Origin: an uncultured bacterium
GTDB taxonomy: Bacteria > Patescibacteriota > Minisyncoccia > UBA6257 > 2-01-FULL-56-20
DNA length: 64,000 nt
Reading direction: 5' to 3'
Assembly: GCA_963719425.1 (NCBI GenBank)
Contig: OY970382.1
Coordinates: 455,100-519,099, forward strand
Shown: positions 56,267 to 64,000 of the stretch, one piece after another
Position numbering within the stretch: position 1 is the first letter of the stretch
Layout of the letters: each line of letters opens with the position of its first letter
Program-made: the position numbers and the translations under genes
Notes under the pieces: model-generated
Database searches by the model: none
Told to the model about the DNA's origin: nothing
What the model saw: the letters and a program-made list of their open reading frames with translations, nothing else

Positions 56267-58684
56267 ATGTACTCAATGGATAAAAGGTATTTTGTTCTCG
56301 TTGCCGCTATTCTCGTAGTGCTAGGTTTCGCTTTGATTTCTCCTCGTTCTACCTTGATTGCCCTTTCTCAAGGAACGGAAGGAACAGGCGGCATCTCTCT
56401 TTCCAACGTCACGAGTGGCCTTTATACGATCGTGATCACGGGGCAGGATCAAAACGGTAACTCCGCCGGCGGCTCGCCGCAAACGCTAGCGTTGACCGTG
56501 ACCGCGTCCGCCGCGTCCGTCTGTACGAACGGCCAGACGCAGTCCTGCGCCCCGGCAAACTCCTGCGGCATGACGAATACGGGAACGGAGACCTGCAGTA
56601 ACAACACGTGGGGCGCCTGCAGCGTAAGCGCGCCGCCGGACAGTTCGTGTCCAGGGTACTGCAGCACGAACGGCACGACGCAGTCCTGCGCCCCGGCAAA
56701 CTCCTGCGGCATGACGAATACGGGAACGGAGACCTGCAGTAACAACACGTGGGGCGCCTGCAGCGTAAGCGCGCCGCCGGACAGTTCGTGTCCAGGGTAC
56801 TGCAGCACGAACGGCCAGACGCAGTCCTGCGCCCCGGCAAACTCCTGCGGCATGACGAATACGGGAACGGAGACCTGCAGTAACAACACGTGGGGCGCCT
56901 GCAGCGTAAGCGCGCCGCCGGCGAGCGCATGCAATTGCACGAACGGCCAGACGCAGTCCTGCGCCCCGGCAAACTCCTGCGGCATGACGAATACGGGAAC
57001 GGAGACCTGCAGTAACAACACGTGGGGCGCCTGCAGCGTAAGCGCGCCGCCGGACAGTTCGTGTCCAGGGTACTGCAGCACGAACGGCCAGACGCAGTCC
57101 TGCGCCCCGGCGAACTCCTGCGGCATGACGAATACGGGAACGGAGACCTGCAGCAACAACAGATGGGGCGCCTGCAGCGTAAGCGCGCCGCCGGACAGCG
57201 CGTGCACACCTGTTACCAGGGTTTCTGCTTCATGCAGTCCAACCACTGTCCTGCCCAGCGGCACCTCGCAGTGCACCGCAACGGTTTACTGCACCATCCC
57301 CGGCAGCTGCAATCCTACCGTCACTTGGGAGATGGTGAGCATGGGCGGTTCCATCAGCGCATCGGGCCTCTATACCGCGACCTACATTCCGCAGACCTAT
57401 ACCGCCACGGTGGAGGCGGTGTCGGTGCAAGACCCGAGGCAATACGGCACGGCGACCGTGACGGAGACGCCGCCCGGCGGCCCAGGAGGAACAGGAACTG
57501 TTACCGGAGTTTCTGCTTCATGCACTCCAAGCTCTATCCCGCCCGGAGGCACCTCGCAGTGTAAGGCGAAGGTTTCCGGCCAAGGTTCCTATTCCTCCGC
57601 CGTTACGTGGGGATTTTGGAGGGTCTATGGGAGCGTTGGTTCCATCAGCAACAGGGGCCTCTACACCGCGCCTGCGACAATAACCACGACAACGATCGTC
57701 AAGATTGTAGCGACATCGCAGCAGGACCCATCGCAATCTAGTAATGACGTGCCAGTGACGATCACCTTATTGCCCATCGTTTCCATTTCCGTCACTCCGT
57801 CACCCATTTACCTCGGCAATGCGGCAACTCTTAGCTGGTCAACAGTGAACGCGACTGCCTGCACCGCCGCCGGCACCGATCCGACCGAGTGGTCCGGGGC
57901 GCAAGCGACCAATGATTCGCAATACGTCCTCACCCCTGCCGCTACGGGAACTTATACCTACACGCTTACCTGTACCGGTCCCGGCGGGAGCGGATCAAAT
58001 TACGCAACCCTCACGGTCCGCCCGGCCCCGTCGCATGGCGGCGGCACCTGTACAAGAGGCCAGGAACGGGCCTGCACCTCGTCGCCGAACTCCTGCGGCA
58101 TGACGAACAGGGGGACGGAGACCTGCAACAGCAACGTGTGGGGGAACACCGCGTGGGGCGCCTGCAATGCAACCACGCCTCCGGATAGCGCGTGTTCGGG
58201 ATCCGTCTGTACGACGGGCGATACGCAGGCCTGCACCTCGACACCGAACACCCTCTGCGGCATAACGAACACGGGGACGTCGACCTGCAGCAACAATGCG
58301 TGGGGCGCCTGCAGCGCAACCACGCCTCCTGACAGCGCGTGTCCATGCCCCAGCGGAAATGGCTGCCCGCCCCTGCCTTCCTGCACCTTCACCGCCAGTC
58401 CTTCGACGATCATCACGCCGCAATCAGCAGACCTCATCTATAATTGCAGCTATGTGACCATCTGCGGCATCACGGGATCCGACGGCTCAACCTACCCCAT
58501 TTCGGTGAGTTCCTCCGACAGCGCGAGCAGCACCCAGGCAGTTGCGCCAAGCGCGAACACCTCCTACACCTTAAGTTGCTACGGCGAGGAGGGGACTCCG
58601 TACAGCAACTCGGCCTACGTTTCGGTCACGACCGTTCAAATCCAAGTCAACAGCAATCCCAATCTGCACGAGATCAATCCGTAA
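56267..58684 (+). CDS. Secreted Cys-rich repeat and Ig-like surface protein
   Basis: Signal anchor; seven C..G....C...CG....GT.TC....WGAC modules; C-terminal HEINP. Confidence 0.85.
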   Translation: MYSMDKRYFVLVAAILVVLGFALISPRSTLIALSQGTEGTGGISLSNVTSGLYTIVITGQDQNGNSAGGSPQTLALTVTASAASVCTNGQTQSCAPANSCGMTNTGTETCSNNTWGACSVSAPPDSSCPGYCSTNGTTQSCAPANSCGMTNTGTETCSNNTWGACSVSAPPDSSCPGYCSTNGQTQSCAPANSCGMTNTGTETCSNNTWGACSVSAPPASACNCTNGQTQSCAPANSCGMTNTGTETCSNNTWGACSVSAPPDSSCPGYCSTNGQTQSCAPANSCGMTNTGTETCSNNRWGACSVSAPPDSACTPVTRVSASCSPTTVLPSGTSQCTATVYCTIPGSCNPTVTWEMVSMGGSISASGLYTATYIPQTYTATVEAVSVQDPRQYGTATVTETPPGGPGGTGTVTGVSASCTPSSIPPGGTSQCKAKVSGQGSYSSAVTWGFWRVYGSVGSISNRGLYTAPATITTTTIVKIVATSQQDPSQSSNDVPVTITLLPIVSISVTPSPIYLGNAATLSWSTVNATACTAAGTDPTEWSGAQATNDSQYVLTPAATGTYTYTLTCTGPGGSGSNYATLTVRPAPSHGGGTCTRGQERACTSSPNSCGMTNRGTETCNSNVWGNTAWGACNATTPPDSACSGSVCTTGDTQACTSTPNTLCGITNTGTSTCSNNAWGACSATTPPDSACPCPSGNGCPPLPSCTFTASPSTIITPQSADLIYNCSYVTICGITGSDGSTYPISVSSSDSASSTQAVAPSANTSYTLSCYGEEGTPYSNSAYVSVTTVQIQVNSNPNLHEINP
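56522..57206 (+). repeat. Five near-identical intragenic tandem repeats (141-bp unit, one of 132 bp)
   Basis: ACGAACGGC recurs at 56525, 56666, 56807, 56939 and 57080. Confidence 0.92.
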
Positions 58685-58687
58685 ACG

Positions 58688-59734
58688 GTGAGTTTGATGG
58701 ATTTTTGGAGGAAAAATCGGGGCCAGTCGCTTATTGAGGCCATTATCGCGGTTGCCGTCGGCGCGGCGTTTCTCATCGCCGGCGCGGGGATCATCGCACC
58801 CGCTCTCAAGACGAGCAAGCAAACGCGCACTATAGAGACGCAGACGGAACTTGGGAAGGAACTCTTGGACGACACAAAAGTATGGGCCACGGCGAACTGG
58901 AATAATCTCCTCGCGCTCGCCACCAGCTCGGCAAATCAATACCATCTTCTGACCGCGCAATCGCCCTTCTCGTCGGCGACGGGAACCGAGCCGGTGGTCG
59001 TTGCGACCACTACCAACTCAACCACTACCTACCAGCGCTATTTCTACTTGAGCGACGCGTATCGCACCTCGGCGGGGAACCTCACCACAACCGCGAGCGG
59101 GAATTATTATGATCCCTCCGCAAAGCTCGTGACCGCTGTCACGAGCAACACAAGCACCAAATCTGCCGCATATGCCACGACGACCATGAGCGAATATCTC
59201 ACCCGTTATGCCAATAATATTTATGACCAAAGCGATTGGTCGGGCGGGCCGGGACAAAACAATCCCGTCGCGATCGCGGGCAACACCTTCGCGACATCCA
59301 CCAATATGATCACAAGTGCCGCGGGGCAGCTCACGCTATCAACCATAACGACGACGACCTACAACGCGAGCGGAACGCTTGATTCGGCAACCTTTGGAGT
59401 GGGCACGGGAATCCAATTGAATTCGGTTATGTGGCTGGGAAGCACGAGCACAAGCAACGGGACGGTAAAATTTCAATTCGCAGTGAGCAATACGAGCGCC
59501 TCAAGCACGCTCACGAGTTTTCTGGGGCCCGACGGGACCTCGCTCTCCTATTTCGGCGGGACGAACGGAGCCACCGAGGGCACGCCTATCAGTCTTGTTT
59601 CTACCTCCACCTCCAACGGCTACTCCCTTGTGAGCGGCTACCCCTACTTCCGCTATCGCATCACCCTCTTCTCAAACGCGTCAAACACTGGCAGCCCGAT
59701 CGTGAATCAGGTTATCATAAACTGGAGTCCGTGA
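58688..59734 (+). CDS. Type IV pilin-like protein
   Basis: RG|QSLIEAIIAVAV prepilin-like N-terminus; YFRYRITL...SP.V C-terminus. Confidence 0.8.
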   Translation: MSLMDFWRKNRGQSLIEAIIAVAVGAAFLIAGAGIIAPALKTSKQTRTIETQTELGKELLDDTKVWATANWNNLLALATSSANQYHLLTAQSPFSSATGTEPVVVATTTNSTTTYQRYFYLSDAYRTSAGNLTTTASGNYYDPSAKLVTAVTSNTSTKSAAYATTTMSEYLTRYANNIYDQSDWSGGPGQNNPVAIAGNTFATSTNMITSAAGQLTLSTITTTTYNASGTLDSATFGVGTGIQLNSVMWLGSTSTSNGTVKFQFAVSNTSASSTLTSFLGPDGTSLSYFGGTNGATEGTPISLVSTSTSNGYSLVSGYPYFRYRITLFSNASNTGSPIVNQVIINWSP

Positions 59735-59755
59735 TGGCTCGTGCAACATAGCATC

Positions 59756-59828
59756 GCCCCTATAGCTCAATTGGCAGAGCAACTCCCTCTTAAGGAGATG
59801 GTTCCAGGTTCAAGTCCTGGTGGGGGCA
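59756..59828 (+). tRNA. tRNA-Lys(CTT)
   Basis: GCCCCTA/TGGGGGC acceptor stem; loop CTCTTAA; CCAGG-TTCAAGT-CCTGG. Confidence 0.92.
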
Positions 59829-59977
59829 CAAATCAGTGAGGCCCGGTTATGTTATAATAATTGATTATAATAACTGATGGGAATGGGGCCGAAGGTCATT
59901 TTGTAGTATGGTATAATAAATGAAAGGTCGCTGTAAGAATTAAGTTGAATAAAAACTCGTAATTACTAATAAAAATC

Positions 59978-61660
59978 ATGAAAAAAGAAGCAATAGTTTT
60001 CGTGTCAATGCTTGCCTTGCTCGGAGGCAGCCTAGGCCTTGCCGTCGCGCAGACGACGGCGCCATCGGCAATTACCGGGGTTTCTGTTTCGTGCAGTCCG
60101 GGCACCGTCTCGCCCAGCGGCGCCTCGCAGTGCACCGCAACGGTTTCCGGCACCGGCAGCTACAGCTCTGCCGTCACATGGAGTATGGTGAGCATGGGCG
60201 GTTCCATCAGCGCATCGGGCCTCTATACCGCGACCTACATTCCGCAGACCTATACCGCCACGGTGAAGGCGGTGTCGGTGCAGGACCCGACGCAATACGG
60301 CACGGCGACCGTGACGGAGACGCCTACCGGCGCGCCGTTGCCATCGCCTGCCACCACTCCGTCGCCGTCGAGTCTTCCCGTCGCCACCGTGACTATGAGC
60401 TGCGTCAGTATGGTGCTCGTAAACACAACCGACACTTGTCTCGCGCAGGTGGTCGTGGGACCCATTGCGCCGAACGTGTATGAATGGCCCAGTAGTGTGC
60501 AGGGGTTGACGTGGTCGGTGAGCGGCGGCGGTACGATCAATTCCTCCGGAGTCTACACGGCTCCCGGATATCCCACCACCGCGACGATCACCGCCACCTC
60601 CGTACAGGATCCGACAAAATCAAGTTCGTTGGCAGTTTCGGTTGTTACGGCTTTTCCCGCCACCATGAGAGGTGGACCTCCTGAGATTTCTACGGGAGCT
60701 ATCCCGATCTCGTCTTCGAGCGGTTCCGCTGGCGGAACCAGCGCTGGCAGCAGCGGCACCACCAGCAGCAGCGGCGCCACCACGCAGCCTTCGGGGGTGA
60801 TGACGCTTCAACAGGTCATGAGCACGCTTTCGCAAAAACTCACCCAGCTCTCGCAAACCAACGCGACGCTCTACGCGCAAGTCATGGCGCTCCTAAACCA
60901 GCTCCTAAGTCTCTTGGGGGGCGCTCCCGTTGCGTGTCCTACCTATATGCTCTATTGTCCCTATGGCAGCTACACCGTTCTTGGCAGTAATGGTTGCAGC
61001 CAAACGGTTTGCAATCCTGCACCCACAACGCCCTCCTCAGGTACTTCCTTCAGCTACACCTGGAACACGGACCTGCAGTACGGCATGTACAACAATCCCG
61101 ATGTGAGTGCGCTGCAGGAGGCATTGACGCTCCAAGGGCTGTACAGCGGCCCGATCAACGGTACGTTCTTGAGTATGACGCAGGATGCTGTTGTGCTCTT
61201 CCAGCAAAAGTATGGCATCCCCGGGACGGGATACGTCGGAGCGCTTACGCGCGCCGAGTTGAACGCGCTCTACGGCACGGCAGCCACGACGCCGCCGACC
61301 AGCACCACCTCTCCTCTTACCGTCTCTTGCCAAAAAGCGAGCGATTTTTGGGCAACGAAGGCAGGCAACAACAAAGTGGCCAATGTAGTACTGCAAGCGA
61401 CGGCAACGGGCGGCAACCCGCCGTATGCCTACCTCTGGTATCGCGCAGCGAATGTAGGTCAAACTTTCAATGGGTGTATATATCCCTCCAGCGCAACGAC
61501 TACCTATCCCTCCTATGCGTCTCCAACCGCTTCAAGTTCGGTCACGTTTTCGTGGGAAACCTGGATGTCTCAAACCCAATGCATGTACATTGAGGCGGAG
61601 GACGCATCCTTGAACGTAGCGACATCAAGCTGCATGGTGACCGCACCGGCGGGCATGTGA
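59978..61660 (+). CDS. Secreted Ig-like and peptidoglycan-binding domain protein
   Basis: Signal peptide; G.I..SG.YTA repeats; DVSALQ..L...G.F...T..AV..FQ.KYG...TGYVG.LTR..LN. Confidence 0.85.
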   Translation: MKKEAIVFVSMLALLGGSLGLAVAQTTAPSAITGVSVSCSPGTVSPSGASQCTATVSGTGSYSSAVTWSMVSMGGSISASGLYTATYIPQTYTATVKAVSVQDPTQYGTATVTETPTGAPLPSPATTPSPSSLPVATVTMSCVSMVLVNTTDTCLAQVVVGPIAPNVYEWPSSVQGLTWSVSGGGTINSSGVYTAPGYPTTATITATSVQDPTKSSSLAVSVVTAFPATMRGGPPEISTGAIPISSSSGSAGGTSAGSSGTTSSSGATTQPSGVMTLQQVMSTLSQKLTQLSQTNATLYAQVMALLNQLLSLLGGAPVACPTYMLYCPYGSYTVLGSNGCSQTVCNPAPTTPSSGTSFSYTWNTDLQYGMYNNPDVSALQEALTLQGLYSGPINGTFLSMTQDAVVLFQQKYGIPGTGYVGALTRAELNALYGTAATTPPTSTTSPLTVSCQKASDFWATKAGNNKVANVVLQATATGGNPPYAYLWYRAANVGQTFNGCIYPSSATTTYPSYASPTASSSVTFSWETWMSQTQCMYIEAEDASLNVATSSCMVTAPAGM

Positions 61661-61887
61661 GCAGCACTTGCCGCGAGCAACTACTGCAGCGATAAGCCGG
61701 GTGTTTACCCGCCCATCGGCGATTACTGCAGCCAAGTCAACTCATCATCCCCCCCCAGTAACTCCTCATCACAAGCACCGTCCGATCGGAGAAACCATAT
61801 AGCGCCCCTCCCCGCAGGCGTTCCAATAGACCTTGAGCACGCCTATCTCAGCCGCGAGGCAAAAGGTGTGCTATACTATGGGCACGA

Positions 61888-64000
61888 ATGGCCTCTCAAC
61901 GCACGGCCCAAGTTGTTCTTGAAGCTCCCCTCTTTGAAGTCATCGGTGCACGGGTCCCGCTCCTTCGGCAGTTGGAAAAGCTTGGCGTGAAAACCGTCGG
62001 CGACCTTCTCTATTATTTCCCGTTCCGCTACGAAGACTTTTCAAAGATCTATGCCATCGCGGACCTTGAGCCTGGCCAGCAAGCGACCGTACAAGCAACC
62101 GTTGAAGAAATCTCCTTCCGGCATACCTGGAAGAAGCGGATGAGTATCGTGGAGGCAATGCTGGCGGACGAATCCGGCTCCATCCGCGCCGTATGGTTCA
62201 ACCAACCCTATGTGGCAAACGTCCTTAAAGCCGGCCGCCTCGCGAACTTCGCGGGAAAGATTTCGCTTTCCGAAGAAGGCGAGTTGTACTTGAGCCATCC
62301 GGCGTACGAGGTGGTCCGCCGCCTCCCTCCCACCGCGTCGTCATCCACTACAGATACCGAAGTGGTAGTGGACAGGGAAACCAAGCACACCGCGCGGCTC
62401 GTCCCCATTTATCCGGAAACGCGCGGCCTCACCTCCCGCGGCATCCGCTTCATCATGCAATCGGTCCTCCGGCGGAAGCCGTTGCTCGCGGAGTGGATCC
62501 CGCCTGCCATCCTCGCCGAATTCCACTTTCCCGAACTCAACGGGGCAATCGCATCAGTCCATTTTCCAAAACATCTTGACGACGCCCTCGCCGCAAAAAA
62601 GCGGTTTGCGTTTGAAGATCTCTTTCTTCTCCAGCTTTTCAACCTCCAGCAGAAACTCACGCTTTCCCGGGAGCAAGCACCGGCCATCGCCGCCGATATT
62701 CCGAAAGTAAAGAGGGTGCTTTCCGCGTTGCTATTCACCCTCACCGTGTCGCAAAAGAAATCGCTCTGGGAGATCATGCAGGACATAGCACGGCCAAGGC
62801 CGATGAACCGCCTGCTCCAAGGAGATGTCGGCTCGGGAAAGACCGTGATCGCGGCCATCGCCGCCATGAGCGCGGCTGACCATGGATTCCAAACCGCCTT
62901 CATGGCGCCCACGGAAATCCTCGCGCACCAGCATTTTGAAACCATGAAGAAACTTTTTACGAATGCCGCCACAATGGAGCGCGGAGAACATGCGCCCGTA
63001 ATCGGCCTCCTCACGGCGAGCGGCGGCACCGTCTTCTATGAAAACGGCATTGAGGCGAAAATGCCGAAACGCGAGTTGCACGCGAAGGCCGCAAGCGGGG
63101 AAATTGCGATCGTTTTCGGCACGCATGCGCTCATCCAAAAATCAGTACATTTCAAAAATCTTGGCTTTGTAATCGTTGACGAGCAGCATCGCTTCGGCGT
63201 GCGCCAGCGCGCCGAGCTCTCCGCAAAAAAGGGCGGGCTCATGCCCCATTTCCTCAGCATGTCGGCGACGCCGATCCCGCGGACGCTTATGCTCACGGTG
63301 TTCGGCGACCTTGATCTCTCGCTCATCACGGAACTCCCGGCGGGCAGGAAGCCGATCACGACGAAGCTGGTTTCTCCGCTTGAGCGGGCCGCCGCCTATG
63401 CCTTCGCGCGCGGCGAGATCAAACAGGGCCGGCAGGCATTCGTCATCTGCCCGCGCATTGAACCGGCCGCTGAAGGACAAAAATCGGCCCAAGTGCGAAG
63501 CGCAAAAATCGGCGAACTTAAACAAATGAAAACGCTGGAACTAAAATCGGTGAAAGAAGAATATGAAAAATTATCAAAAAACGTTTTCCCCGACCTCACG
63601 ATCGCAATGCTCCATGGCCAGATGAAGGCGAAGGAAAAAGACAGCGTCATGCAGCAATTCAAGGACAAACAATTTGACATTCTCGTCACGACCTCCGTCG
63701 TGGAGGTCGGCGTGGACATCCAGAACGCGACGATCATGATGATAGAGGGCGCCGAACGGTTCGGCCTCGCCCAGCTCTACCAGTTCCGCGGCCGCGTGGG
63801 GCGGGGCGAGCACCAATCCTATTGCTTCCTCATGGCGGATACCAACGCAAAAACCGCGCACGCGCGGCTCAAAGCGATCCTTGAAGCGAAAAATGGGTTT
63901 GAACTCGCAGAGAAGGATCTCGCCCTCCGCGGTCCCGGCCAATTTTTCGGGGAAATTCAAACCGGGCTTCCCGACGTCGCCATGGAGGCGCTCCGCGACC
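61888..64000 (+). CDS. recG: ATP-dependent DNA helicase RecG (truncated by the window end; absent from the ORF track)
   Basis: Hand translation: LGVKTVGDLLYYFPFRYED; MNRLLQGDVGSGKT; DEQHRFG; MSATPIPR; QFRGRVGRG; DLALRGPG. Confidence 0.95.
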   Translation, partial: MASQRTAQVVLEAPLFEVIGARVPLLRQLEKLGVKTVGDLLYYFPFRYEDFSKIYAIADLEPGQQATVQATVEEISFRHTWKKRMSIVEAMLADESGSIRAVWFNQPYVANVLKAGRLANFAGKISLSEEGELYLSHPAYEVVRRLPPTASSSTTDTEVVVDRETKHTARLVPIYPETRGLTSRGIRFIMQSVLRRKPLLAEWIPPAILAEFHFPELNGAIASVHFPKHLDDALAAKKRFAFEDLFLLQLFNLQQKLTLSREQAPAIAADIPKVKRVLSALLFTLTVSQKKSLWEIMQDIARPRPMNRLLQGDVGSGKTVIAAIAAMSAADHGFQTAFMAPTEILAHQHFETMKKLFTNAATMERGEHAPVIGLLTASGGTVFYENGIEAKMPKRELHAKAASGEIAIVFGTHALIQKSVHFKNLGFVIVDEQHRFGVRQRAELSAKKGGLMPHFLSMSATPIPRTLMLTVFGDLDLSLITELPAGRKPITTKLVSPLERAAAYAFARGEIKQGRQAFVICPRIEPAAEGQKSAQVRSAKIGELKQMKTLELKSVKEEYEKLSKNVFPDLTIAMLHGQMKAKEKDSVMQQFKDKQFDILVTTSVVEVGVDIQNATIMMIEGAERFGLAQLYQFRGRVGRGEHQSYCFLMADTNAKTAHARLKAILEAKNGFELAEKDLALRGPGQFFGEIQTGLPDVAMEALRD

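Noticed and set aside
56522-57206. Near-identical repeats as diversity-generating retroelement TR/VR
   Set aside because: They are in-frame tandem coding repeats without adenine-specific mismatches, and there is no reverse transcriptase in the window.
56436-57276. Long repetitive antisense ORFs here, and other antisense ORFs over dnaE, galT-like, the site-2 protease gene and recG
   Set aside because: Shadow frames of GC-rich or repetitive real genes.
61946-61956. GTGCACGGGTC resembling a cassette site
   Set aside because: Lies inside the recG coding sequence and lacks the GACGAT/TTCGAAC part.

Overview
This 64 kb window looks like a Patescibacteria (CPR, Parcubacteria-like) chromosome. That is an inference from the missing rpmD/L30, the broken-up str/S10/spc operons and the many secreted Ig-like, FN3 and pilin proteins. 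Core genes: dnaE, lysS, greA, map, two adk paralogues, secY with the spc and S10 ribosomal genes, tuf, rplU, mrdA-mreDCB, proS, fusA-rpsG-rpsL and a partial recG. There are seven tRNA genes, one split by a group I intron. Main observations: (1) Two integron-like gene-cassette arrays (4925-6153 and 40255-41626). Each starts at the same orphan 22-bp tRNA-3'-end mimic, and each cassette ends in a 27-bp site. This 22/27 geometry matches the attB/attP half-sites of the tRNA-targeting large serine recombinase (LSR) islands in the same window, and one 452-bp cassette encoding a stand-alone RNAP alpha-CTD is present in both arrays. (2) A tRNA with an Asp anticodon but alanine identity elements (G3:U70, A73), followed by a predicted separately transcribed ~70-nt RNA whose 5' end is perfectly antisense to that anticodon arm. 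(3) An LSR island at tRNA-Ala carrying an internal inverted copy of its own attP. (4) A recombinase-less mini-island at tRNA-Trp whose only cargo is a structured RNA candidate. Single-base frameshifts in rplB, rplP, rplW and fusA are treated as sequencing errors. All calls were made by eye; no searches or folding programs were run.
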